Assembly (NCBI GenBank): GCA_024679065.1
Contig: JAGIQG010000011.1
Span: forward strand, 31,434,001-31,498,000
Reading direction: 5' to 3'
DNA length: 64,000 bases
Source of the DNA: Sphyrna mokarran
Taxonomy: Eukaryota
Shown: positions 52,050-64,000 of the stretch, in pieces
How the letters are laid out: each line of letters starts with the position of its first letter
Position numbering within the stretch: position 1 is the first letter of the stretch
The notes under the pieces: generated by a model
Database searches by the model: none
Seen by the model: the letters and a program-made list of their open reading frames with translations, nothing else
Told to the model about the DNA's origin: nothing
Made by a program: the position numbers and the translations under genes

Positions 52050-52260
52050 TCCTTTTGGTTCACTAACATCCTTTAAGGAAAGAAATCTGCCATCATCACT
52101 CAATCTGGCTAACAAGTGACTCCAGAGTCATAGCAAATGTTGTTGACTCTCAACTGCCCTCTGAAATGGCTGAGAAACTCACTCAGTTGAAGGGAAATTA
52201 GCGATGGGGAATAAATTCTGGCCAGCCAGTGACACTCCTGTCCTATGAATGAATGAAAAA
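52050..52260 (+). mobile_element. SacSINE1/DeuSINE-like SINE 3' part
   Basis: It reads GGTTCACTAACATCCTTTAAGGAAAGAAATCTGCCATC..GTGACTCCAGA..GTTGACTCTCAACTGCCCTCTGAAATGG..(ATGA)n. Confidence 0.7.
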
Positions 52261-52989
52261 AGAGTGACAATAGGTAAAGCTATTGAAAACAGTGACTGCA
52301 AACCTCTGGCACTAATGCAGTTTCATCAGAGTTAATGGAGATACAAATGATAGCCTTTCTCTAGGTCATATAGGTGAGAAATTAGACATGTATCCCAGCA
52401 AACATATTCACCTTGGCTGATCAAATACCTGGCAATCGTGGACACATATGCAGAATACAGAGAAATTTAAGACCTACAATCAGGAAAAATTGCTAGCAAA
52501 ATGAATTAAACATATTAACCACAACTGTTATAAACTTGAATAAGAATTTTTAAAATATAAAATTCTGCAGGTTTCAATCCTTTCGAAACACAGAAAGAAT
52601 TGGGTAGTGGCTTGTTGTCTCTCCACAATCCATTTTATGGTTTTGAGAAAAGTAAATTGTAGCAAGACAAAACTAATATGGAGAACAGAATTCCTCACTG
52701 TTGGTAATTTGCTTGTTTTGATTTTTGAGACATTAATTTAGAGTGTTGGAGCTCCTGCCAGAACCAGGTCAGGTGGGGTTTAATGAATAAATGCAAATTA
52801 GGATCAAATAGCTTAGCCAGGATGCTTAATACCAGTTTTGTCTTTGCCCACATTGCTACCATCGGTTCTTCATCTCAGCCAGAAACCCTGGATAATAAAG
52901 GTCATGAATCATCTATTTATAACAGCATTTAAAGTGATCCTTAATTGCTTTCAAGTAAAATGATGAAAAATTTTAGGAGACAAATTAAT

Positions 52990-53150
52990 TGAATTCTCCC
53001 TAAATTGCCTCAAATTTGGTTTTTAATCCATAGATCTATAAACATAGACAGGGATCGCAGGTAGAGGTGGGAACATTGGGGTGGCGGCGCGGGCTTGTTG
53101 GGCCGAAGGGCCTGTTTCCCGTGCTGTTTTGTTCTTTGTTCTTTGTTCTG
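52990..53150 (+). mobile_element. HE1-like SINE tail
   Basis: It is near-identical to the reverse complement of 47855-48010 and to 22480-22635. Confidence 0.7.
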
Positions 53151-56100
53151 GCTATTCAGACAACTTTAGAATGTTTTTTGGGGCTGTAGAATGTATTGAA
53201 CTGAATACCTTCTTGCAATTCATTATTCTCCTCATGGGATTCCTTCTGGAAATTCCACTCTGGTTGGAGAAGTAATAGTAAGAGGGACAATAGAAGAAAA
53301 CAGCAAACGGGACTGTAGATATAGGGAGGACAAACAGGAAGTGTGTTTGTAGGAAACTTTACCCTTCCAAAAACAACAACAGCAGAACTTATAGCCAGGA
53401 GAACGTACTTGTCATTGTGCATAGAGACTGCCAGGGTGTTGTGTTACTTCCTTCAGCAACATCTGCAAACCACTGCCTCAGCATTCCTTGTGCAACAAGG
53501 TCACTGCAACCTTCATCCTTTTAGATTTCCACTGGAAATCTCCTTCCAAGATGTCATAGGATATGTGAGTAAATCTGTCACTTTGCAGTTCATGCTTCCA
53601 TTAAGAAGATGAAAAATGCAATACTTGATACAGCAAACAATTCCATTACTTTTCTCATGGAAATCCAGAAGCAGCAGAATTGGGACTGAGATTTGTACAA
53701 ATTGCAGGCTTCCCTCCAAGACATTGATAGCACTAATATCTGCCTGTAAATGCTTTAGAAAACCCAATCCCTTCACGAATCACCAGATTTCCATTTTGTT
53801 AAGAATGAACTGGTATAGCTCATTAATCATTCTGTGTCTGCTTTCTAATTATTATGATGCTTTTATTTTGTGATATTCCTCCATTCCTTTGACTTGCAAA
53901 ACAAGCAAGAAACTGTCTCACCCGGGCTATCATCTGCACACTTGGCTCATTAAACCTTATCCATTGCTTGGCAGTAAAACTGCACTAAAATTAGATACAT
54001 GGTCTAACTAGAATTTTCATTGAGCATACCATTGAAATTCTCAACCAACAAATCTTTTGCTTGATGGTTTGCTCATTAGCTTTGCTGTGCAATTCACAAC
54101 CTCTACCATCTGGAGGACAGAAGCTCCCCCTCAAGTCACACAAAACCCTGACTTGAAACTATATCAACTTACTATTCCTTCATTGTTGCTGTGTTAAAAA
54201 TCCTGCAACTCCATCCCCTAACAGCAGTATGGTAGTATATACGTCACATGAACTGTAATGGTTTAGACAGGAGACTCTTCACTGTTTTCTCAGGGGCAAC
54301 TACAGATGGACAATAAATGCTGAACTTACCTGTGATGCCCAAATTCTGTGACTGGGGCTAACATTGAGTGAGGACCTTCAATGTGTGAAGAAATGGGATA
54401 TAGTTACATAAAGGACGGCAAAGAGATGGGAAGATTACCGCACTTTCTCATAGTAAGAGTTGGTCAGTAAAAACTCATAAACAAGCTGTTCAGTTAAACA
54501 GTCTCTGCCTCCCTGTATTATTAGTTATGTCCAATCTCTCTCCAGATCCTCTCAAAGACTAACATTGAACCTCATGTCAACCTAATAATGCAGGATCTAC
54601 TGCAGCAAAATTTCTGCACACATAGATTTCAATAAGGATTATAAGTTTATGGCTTCATTCAACTGTCAAAAGGTTTCACCCTAATTTAGTGCTCCTATGA
54701 GGTGCTCTGTCCATGATCGCATCATCAAAATTAGAAGGTTGCTGCAACTTAGCAATATACTGTCAAAGTGCTTATGGGCATTGAGATAAGAGGACCTGGT
54801 TATGCTATAAGTCAGAGCAACTCAGTTACTGTTGGAGCAGTCAAGTCTAATTGGGTTCTCAAACCATGTGCATTGGTTCAGGATGGGGCTAGGTCCAAAT
54901 GTGCTATCAAACAATAGATAGCAGCCTTTCCTTCCCTACTGCATAACTCACCCTACTATAGAGCAGTGGCTCAGCATTTACAATGATCTGCGATGCAGCA
55001 GACTGTAAATTTTCATGATGTTACTGAAGTCCATTTTCCTTCCGTTCCACAGCTTGTCCAAGGTGAAGGAGATAGTTAAACCCAGAGCTTGCACAATATG
55101 AACGTGCTTGGGAGATGGTTAAATGATGTCATTGATTCCTGCAGGGAGAAACATACTGCAGTATCACTGAGGTGATCACATGTTCCATGGTTGACTGAGG
55201 TGTTGATGCCTTGTGCAGAACAAAACACAAATTGTATTTGAAAACCTGCCTGGTAGGCAGTCTGATATACAGAGCAATTGCTGCTTTATAGAACATATCT
55301 TTTTTGAAAGAATTAGGACACTGAAGTCTGCATACCTATTGTCTTTAGCAGAGCTAGGATATAAGCTTCTATTTCCAGAATCTGTTCTGCTTACTTGAGT
55401 TTATTGAGTTAAACCAGGTTGGTTGCTACTTTTAATGCATGGAAGCATAGTGTGAAAATATCTACTCTCTCCCTCAGTTTGTGCTTCCAAATAGCCTGAG
55501 ACATCTAATAATAATAGAAAAGAGTAAAGGGACTGGGATTAGGTAGTGCAAAGATAAGCTGTAGCAGTTTTCCTTTCAGATTGATGAGCATGTGTATGTG
55601 TCATGTAGAGTTAAATGAAAGAAGGAAACTAAGGGAAGGTACCTCAATGCCCTACTGAATATGGCTTTCAGATTGATATCTCCACTGCTGCTTGGAAGTA
55701 GCCCATCTGGCACATGAAACTTGTCCCTGTAAAATTTTAGCATTCCTATATTAGCCATAACTGCATTTTGGATGCTCTTATTGTTTCTGCCTCTGTGGTA
55801 CCACCTGACCCAACTATCCAAAAATTCATCAGATGGCCCACATATACTTTCAAGAATTTTTGTTTGTGTCCTATGGATTTTACTTTCAAGTTGTAGTCTT
55901 CATTTACCACATCTAACAAATTACAAACAAATATCCCCTTCACTGTTTTTTTTATGGATTGGTAAATTCAAATTCCCCCTATTACACTTGTTCTTCTTTC
56001 TTTTCTCTCTAGTGTCAATAAGATCAGTGTATGTTCTAGCAGATGTGGTGATGAGAATTGAATGTGGTGCTCAGTGTAGTTTGGTCAGGTCATTGGAAAG

Positions 56101-58763
56101 CCTCATCATAATCTCTGAAGGGAAATACCAAAAACAAAAAATGCCTGATTTCCCAGAAACTCCACCTGCATCTGAATAGCAAAAAAGATAGCTGTATCTG
56201 TATGTTAGTCCAAATTTTTTTCTTTTTAGTTACTGATATCCAATATTTTCAATTTAATTTTCACTTGTACTTGACTGTTCAGGCTAGAAAACACATCAGT
56301 CCAATCAAAGTGCCATTCACTTTCTTGTTTAACACAATGCAAGACTGTTTCCCTCAATGGAGCTTACCAATCCTTCCCAAAGAAAGCATGACAGACGATT
56401 TAGATGTGTCAAGAAATTTAAATAATACTACCATTTATTTTCCAAGGGTTGCATAAGTTATAAGATGAATCTTTGCAATTTTACTGGTTTAAAATTATCT
56501 TCAACACCTAGAAAATGTTTGTTTTTACAAATGAATAATTCCTGACTTTAAAACCTGCTAACAGCATTGTAAAAATATGTTTTGCAAAAGACAGCTTTCT
56601 ATTCCAAGTAAACTATGAACAAACAAATATGATTTTATGCACTGGCCCATAACCATTAAATGATTTCAAAAATATATACGTTACAATACTGGAAAGATGG
56701 TTTATATTAAATGGTGCAAGAGTATTTCAGTTGTTTTAAGGGTTAAAATATACAATAGATCTTGATAAATTATTTTCAGTGACATTGAAATAGTACTGCT
56801 GTAAAGAAAATGGAGCTGTAAGAATACATTGTGATTGTCCTTTTGACTATAAATCGCTGAACTTTTCTCAGCCTATTATTCAAAGAACAGAAGCAACAGT
56901 TAGAAAACTCAGTAACACTATTTTCTAACTGAGTATATTCCACTATCTAAAAATGGTACATCAATATAGTTTCCCTCATGTTCAATGTATTTTTTAACAG
57001 ATTTGAGAGTTATGTAATTGTTATCTAGCATGGGAAAATTGAGCAAACTCAAGCATTTTTCTGGTTTTATTTTAGTCATAGATTGAAGGACCAATAGTTA
57101 AGGAAATGGGGCAAGCTGACAGCCCATAATTATGAGCTGGAGCAGCAGGTGTTCTGGTTTCAATAAGCTGCATGGAAGGGTGACAATGGCAGGCCAGAGA
57201 AAAGCAAACAGAGTGCTATTATGAGACTGTGGTCAGTGATGTGCATCAGGGAGACACAGTGGCGGAAGCTGAGCAGCTGCTACTCGCCTTAACAAGCTGA
57301 AACAGGAGCCTGCACAGCGAAATTTAAACACCCATGCAGAGGCCATGCCAGCAGGACAGCTTGGAATGCTTCTACTAAGACATTGAGCAGCTCACCTGTT
57401 AATGCAAACATCTGCAAGAAAGAGTTACCATGTTCTTTAAAAACAAAAACCATCCACATTTTGTCTAAATTGCTACTGATCCTGCTACACCATTAAAAGG
57501 AATGGTGCAACAGTTACTGGAATAGCTGTACTTAACACAAAATACTAACGAATGGCCATGACATCATGCAAGAAAGAAACATTTTCACATAGCGTTATTT
57601 GTTTGTGATATTTTCCAAACATAACTCATACTATGATGTCAGTGACTAAAGAAAATGTGTAAATAAAAGGAAACATGGGGGGAGGGGCACATTTACTTAA
57701 CACCTGGAAATAGTCAGTGCCTACCCAGCTGGTTGTTAGCTAGTCCCACATTCCTAAGTTTACAATTACTGCTAGCGTTCTATGCCTTCATTAAAATAGG
57801 ACCATTGACAGATACTTGCAGATGGCTGGAGGACTTTTTAACAAGGTTCAAGCAAACAAAACTTTACAAAGCCTTTACATCTTCCTGGAATTTTGGGCCT
57901 CTATCTGAATTTCTGACTTGTGCTTCGTTGCTTTTAAAACTGCTGATATATTTAATAAAACAAAGATTTAATGTAATCCAATCAAATCCATTTAATTATG
58001 AGAAATATAAAGAGAAGGTATGAAAAGGGCTAATTTTATTTGGATTTAAGCATGTTACTTGGGACTTTAGTTTTTCAGGCTTAAGTATTTAGAACAAATG
58101 AAAGCAATGTTAAGTTTAGATACCCGGTTGTGACTAAGTTTTATTAAACTAACGTTAACATTTAATCATTATTAGATTAAAAAAAGAACAAAAACCTATA
58201 TCTTGTAAAACTCAGTGAATCAATAGCTTCCTTGATGAAATCATGAACACTATAGAGGTTTTTATGGTTGTTGAATCTTTGTGAACACCACTTCTGCATT
58301 CCTAGAGTGCAGGGTTGCTGTTTATCTGTTAAAGAATGTTATCACCTTTCCATATTTTGCTTTTATTTTTTCTGTATTTTACTTTAAGTACTTATAGATT
58401 TATTATTTTGACTGCTGTTGGAATAGATTTTATATATATCATGAAATAGAGCATGAAAATGTCACCACTGAGACTTCTTCAGATTTTGAAAATTCTACTT
58501 TTCAGAAATATGTTCAGTATTGTTTATTTTAACAGCATTGTGTTTTTGATTAAACATTGCAACATAACATACTCTTTGATTCAAACATCTTTGAAAAAGA
58601 TGATTTGATATCACAGCAACATGGTGCTACATGGAGAGGTGTTCCCCATAGCATGATGTTGGAACACTTGAATTCCTGATTTCAGCTGAGCTGCCTAAGT
58701 ACGATACAGTTATAGTTTAAGTTGCTTCCTACATTTCCTATTGGCAGAATCCTGAGACAGAAG

Positions 58764-59377
58764 GGGCACGGATTTTGCCCTGACTTGGGGCAAGAATAGA
58801 GGCTGGTGGGCACATAATTTCACGCTGCTAACTGGCGCGCTGGTTTACTGCTACCTCTATGCCCCCACAAATTGGCTGGAGGCCAATTTAAAGGCAGAAC
58901 AGCTACCCACTTGCAAGCGTTGAATAGTTAAGATAATTTAAAAACCAATCATGTAATCATCAGAGCTTGGCTGGAATTTTCAAGTCAATTTGTTGGCACT
59001 CCTAGTGACGGGAGCACAGCAGCTGTCAGCAGATGAGCTCCAAACAGCAGATTGGAGGGCTGGTATTTCAGAGTGTCTTTGATTGCCTCCCGCTCTACCT
59101 ACCCGGGCCTCAGTCCAAAAGTGCTCGGCAGCTGTGGCCAATTTTTATTTCCAATATCATAAAGTTGCTGAGGGGGCTCCTCTCCCTTAACTGTAAGCGA
59201 GGCCCTCTAGCTTTGAGAACCTGTATGTCATTCTTCATTGGATGGTAAGGGTGCCCTCTGGCTACTATTTGACCAATTCATGTAAAATTGTCATTGGGTG
59301 GCTATTCCCGATGCAGTGTGGGTTGGGACCCCCACTTAACATGTTGGGGCCCCAACCCAAAACACAAATTTGTGCCC
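58764..59377. mobile_element. Harbinger-type MITE with 3-bp TSD (AAG)
   Basis: The structure is AAG-GGGCACGGATTT ... AAATTTGTGCCC-AAG. Confidence 0.7.
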
Positions 59378-59989
59378 AAGGGTTGCTTAGTTGTTGTCTC
59401 ACTTGTGCAAGGATACATCTCACAGGAATGCCTAAAGCAGAGAGGAATACAAACCACTGTGTATGATCTGATAACATTTCAATTCTAATAATCAAAGCCT
59501 TTTTTAACTGGTAAGTTTTTGGAACAATGTTGCACAAAGAAAACTTAGAAAAATTATAACTACTATAAACATAAAAACAAATAATTTAGTTAATAATTGC
59601 AATTAAGTTGGACCTTTCCACGTTCATATTCAGTTGCTCCACTTGGTGGGTGTTGTCAGGCTGTTTGTCTGACTTCCAATCTAGGATGAACTATCTTTTG
59701 CACGTTAGGAAGACTGAAACTAATGTATTTGGAGTCAGTCATAAATTCTATCCCCTAGAGACCGATTTCATCCCTCTCTCTGGTCACTCTCTTAGGTGGA
59801 ACTAAATTGTACATGACTCCTACTTCTGATGTAATTTTGAGCTGATTTTTTGGCTCAGTTTTGTCAAGAAAACTTACTTCCATCACTGTAATGTCACCCA
59901 GCTCTGCCCTACCTTAACTCACATTTGCTAATAAATTAACATTCATTCTTCTATTATTGCCAGCCTCAATATTCCAATGCTGTTCTGGC

Positions 59990-60059
59990 TGACCACCACC
60001 ACCACCCCACTCCCCCCCCCCCCCCCCCCCCCCCCCACCCCCCACCCCACCCACCCCCT
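59990..60059 (-). repeat. Poly-G / G-rich low-complexity tract
   Basis: (CCA)n is followed by a run of more than 20 C and then CCCCA repeats on the + strand. Confidence 0.8.
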
Positions 60060-60149
60060 GGCCATCATCCATAAGTTTAAATTCACCCAAAAATAAACAG
60101 TAGCTTCTATTTATATACTTCATTTAACATTGCAAAATAATTAAAAATT

Positions 60150-60560
60150 CTGCTGACCATATCCTAACTTGCACCAATTCCCATCAGCAATACATTCACT
60201 GACCCACAATGGCTCATTATCTACCAAAACCTCAATTTTAAAAATCTCCGTGGCCTTGCCCTTTCCTATCTATAGCCTGACAAATCTCTGGCAATGTTGC
60301 ATCCCTCCAACTCTGGCAATGTGCATTTCCTCATATCCTCCACCATACCATTGGCAAACATACTCTCACTCTCCTGGATCTGACATGTTCTGTTCCAGGT
60401 CCCCTCCAGTTGCTAATTAAATACTACCTCTTGACCAAGCTTTTGCCCATTTATTCAAGAAAGTCCTTTTTTGGCTCAGTGACAATTTTTGTCTTATTGA
60501 ATTCCTGGTAAAAACCTTGGGACATTTCATAATGGAATCTGTTTAAAGGCATTGCATCAA
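60150..60560 (+). mobile_element. L2-like LINE 3' fragment, old
   Basis: It shows degenerate PI....D..W..FK....GLA.SYL-type C-terminal motifs and an L2-like 3'UTR. Confidence 0.4.
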
Positions 60561-62269
60561 TACAAGTAGTAGTTGTTCTGGGAAGATACTGTCAGCACAT
60601 GATTGATTTTTGTATCCATTTTGGGCTGAAATTAATAACCACTCCCTTACTGTTCGAACTTGGGCTTGACACACTGGCATTAGATTGAGCCATATTGGTG
60701 AAAATCTATTTATATTTTGGTTATTCGTTTTCACTTCTGAGCTCAAAGGCAGGTCTGAGACAGCACTACAATCTCAACCATGGGTAGGATAAAGAGAAAA
60801 GTCCCACAAATACTCTAGTTGAATCAGGAATTGGCACCAATCTGATCTTCACTAGCTGCTCAGCCGACTAAGCCACCAGTCTCTATAGGAGATTAACTTG
60901 CTCTGGCAACATGCATGTTAATGTCCAGAGCTATGAATAATAATAGTTGAGGCATCAATTTTCTTTCCATCGCATGGTTAACCAGGAATCTCTCCCTCCC
61001 TAGAAGCATACTATTGGCATGTGTTGGAAGGATTTGCAGACTAAAACTCTAACTGCTTGACCATGTTATGAATGTTCCTTGCTTGATGATTAAGTCTTGG
61101 ATTGGGACTTGAGTCTGGAGCTTCTGGCTCAGAGGCAAGTACGCTACCCTCTATGCCATGAGATCTCCTATCATTTGAAATGCTAAGTCTAAGTTCCTGA
61201 GTTGAATTATAACAGATGTAGGATCAAGTCATTTTTATTTTGGGTGTTAGTGTAAAATGGAAGATTTTGGTTCAGCTGTCTGCTATCTGGTCTCACTTGC
61301 CATAAATTTGTGTGTAACCAGAAGGATGTATAGGTGGTTGATAGCTTCCATTTTGTACCATTATCCAAAGTCCAAATTACCACCCGACTGCGCAACCTCT
61401 ATCCAGTTTCAGACATTACTTTTCCTACAGATCATGTCACTTTGAGTAATTTCTCATGAAATAAGCTCTATGGTAACAAGCAAACATATAATCAACTTAA
61501 AATAATATTATTCCAAGCCAGTGAAAAGGTCAAATCACTGGGTGATGACTATTGAAGCTCTCCGGAGACAGTAAGATTGTATATCACAGCACGTACATGA
61601 AGAGATGAGCCAGAGTACACATACTTCCACAAGCTGTAGAATTATTTAGAGTAACTTGCATAATTCTTTGACGTTGAAGTATTAACCAAAAAAGGTTCCT
61701 TTAAAAATAGTTTAAATGTTCTTGAATAGTCATAATGATCTCATTTTGGAACAACTACTTTAAGAGGGAAAAATTTTAATGGTGCAGAAGTCATCTGTAT
61801 TCCACAGAGGAATATTTAACTGATTAGTATAGATTAATATGATAACGTAACACATCTGATAAGGAATATCCAGGGTTACCAAAATTTTAATTTAGCACCT
61901 GTCTTAAAGAGACTTACATAGATATTGTTATAAAACTAGTTTACACTTAATCCTAGTTAATTATGGGGGCACAAGTAGGATATTTGAAGAATATCACATG
62001 CTAATGCAGTATTATAGCCAGAAACCAAAAACATTTTAGAGGTAAAATTTCCATAACTTATCCCCTAAAATTATATTCTTTGGTCATGAAATTGGATCTG
62101 TGAGTTGAAAGCTATGGTTTATATTCTTGATAAATCACGGTCTTTGTGAGGTAATGGCTCATTTCCCAATAACTGAAATTTATGAATAAGATCTTGAAAT
62201 TATACCAAGACATTGGACAGGGGAATATTTAGGAGTACTTTACATTAGGTGTGAGGAGACAACATAAAG

Positions 62270-63660
62270 ATGGGAAATTACAGGACAGTTCTGGGAAATT
62301 ACAGGCCAGTAAATTTGATGTCAGTCATTGGCAAGTTATTGAAAGGTGTGATAACAGATAGAATCTACAAATATATGGATAGACAGGGACTTATTAGGGA
62401 GAGCCAACATGGCTTTTTGCATGGTAGGTCATGTTTGACCAATCTGTTAGGCTTTTTCGAGGAGGTCACCAGGAAAATGGATGAAGGGAAGGCCGTGGAT
62501 GTTGTCTACCTGGATTTCAGCAAGGCCTTTGACAAGGTCCCTCATGGGAGATTAGTTAGGAAGATTCAGTCGCTAGGTATAGATGGGGAGGTTGTAAATT
62601 GGATTAGGCACTGGCACAATGGAAGAAGCCAAAAAGTAGTCGTGGAGGATTGCTTCTCTGAGTGGAGGCCTGTGACTAGTGGAGTGCTGCAGGGATTGGT
62701 GTTGGGTCCATTGTTGTTTGTCATTTATATCAATGATATAAATTGGATCAGTAAATTTGCTGTTGATACAAAGAATGGGGTGTAGTGGACAGTGAGGAAG
62801 GTTTTCAAAGCTTGAAGAGGGATTTGGACCAACTAGAAAAATGGGCTGAAAAATGGCATATGGAATTTAACAGAGATAAGTGTGAGGTATTGCACTTTGG
62901 ATGGACAAACCAAAGTAGAACATACAGACTACATGATAGGACTCTGAAGACTGCAGTTGAATAGACGATTCTGGGAATACAGGTACAGAATTCCCTAAAA
63001 GTGACGTCACAGGTGGATAGGGTGGTAAAGATTGCTTTTGGTACATTGGTCTTTATAAATCGGAGTATCGAGTATAAAAGTTGGAGTGTTATGGTAAGGT
63101 TATATAAGGCATTGGTGAGGCTGAATTTAGAGTATTGTGTACAGTTTTGGTCACCTAGTTACAGGAAGGATGTAAATAAGGTTGAAAGGTTCACAAGGGT
63201 GTTGCCAGAACTGAGAAACTGAGTTACAGAAAGAGATTGAATAGATTAGGACTTTATTCCCTGGAGCAAAGAAAAATGAGGGGAGATTTGACAGAGGTGT
63301 ATAAGATTTTGATGGGTATAGATAGAGTGAATGCAAGCAGGTTTTTTCCACTGAGGTTAGGGAAGAAAAAAACCAGGGAGCATGGGTTAAGGGTGAAAGG
63401 AGAAAAGTTTAAAGGGAATATTAGGGGGAGCTTCTTCACCCAGAGAGTGGTGGGAGTGAGGAATGAGCTGCCCGATAAAGTGGTAAATGCGTGGTCACTT
63501 TTAACGTTTAAGAAAAGCTTGGACAGGTTCATGGATGAGAGGGGTGTGGAAGGATATGGTTCAAGTGCAGGTCAGTGGGACTAGGGAAAAAAACGGTTTG
63601 GCACAGACAAGAAGGGCCAAAAGGCCTGTTTCTGAACTGTAATTTTCTATGGTTCTATGG
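62270..63660 (+). mobile_element. 5'-truncated CR1 LINE, moderately young
   Basis: It encodes GNYRPVNLMSVIGKLL..SQHGFLHGRSCLTNLL.FFEEVT..VDVVYLDFSKAFDKVPH..LGPLLFVIYIND, LEYCVQFWSP and FFTQRVV, with tail TTCTATGGTTCTATGG. Confidence 0.9.
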
Positions 63661-64000
63661 TTTTCTCTGGGACCAGCGCTGCAAGGAGCAGCAGATTATG
63701 CTGGTAAAGGTAGTAGTGTTTATATGTTTTGACTTCATATATGAACCTTTTTAATACTTCCATAAGAAATAAAAGAAATTGAGAGAGCACAGGCCGTTTA
63801 AATTTACAGCCATAATCAAATTCCTGTTCATGGCACAACCCGCCTAGCCTAGATGCCCGATTGGGCACAGCACTCATCCCTCTCTTCACACACTTAATTG
63901 GCCATTTTCCCATCAGTCCGATGGTACTCGATTGACTGAGCTGAGATGAGATGGCAGAGGTGAGAGCAAGCAAACCATTCACTTTTTATTTTACCTTCTT

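Larger units (their letters stand above)
51190..55730 (-). pseudogene. Possible decayed ankyrin-repeat / kinase-like (TEX14-like architecture) gene remnant
   Basis: Splice-bounded minus-strand segments give interrupted translations: GQVSCARW/LL..GDINLK (55643-55726), NPIRLDCSNSN (about 54850), ILEGDFQWKSKRMKVAVTLLHKEC*GSGLQMLLKEV (53409-53743), FFLCFERIE (about 52590) and NWLP..TADK/FSFCG (about 51480). This rests on motif resemblance by eye only. Confidence 0.3.

Noticed and set aside
47855-53150. Inverted repeat pair about 5 kb apart as the ends of one large transposon
   Set aside because: Both are independent copies of the same SINE tail, with a third at 22480, and there are no shared TSDs.

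Overview
This is eukaryotic, AT-rich vertebrate DNA, almost certainly from a cartilaginous fish (shark). The repeat content points there: HE1/V-SINEs, SacSINE1-like SINEs, CR1, RTE and Rex1/Babar LINEs, Penelope-like inverted repeats and Harbinger MITEs. The only intact protein-coding gene I can support is a three-exon myostatin (mstn/gdf8) on the + strand (CDS 5173-5578, 7182-7555, 10541-10921; 386 aa). It has a recognisably conserved myostatin core promoter (TGACAG/CCAAT/TATA), yet its mature ligand is a near-even mosaic of GDF8- and GDF11-type residues. About 3 kb past the stop codon is an orphan CpG island with outward-facing splice donors on both strands, a candidate bidirectional promoter whose minus-strand transcript would run antisense across mstn. 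The rest of the window is intergenic. It includes an RTE LINE with a 5'-inversion (twin-priming-like) structure, a deeply nested CR1/SINE stack and TE-poor CpG-retaining blocks that look regulatory. A possible highly decayed ankyrin-repeat/kinase-like pseudogene lies on the minus strand at about 51-58 kb. Most short ORFs in the supplied track are spurious or TE-derived. Repeat boundaries are approximate, and family names come from remembered motifs, not database searches.
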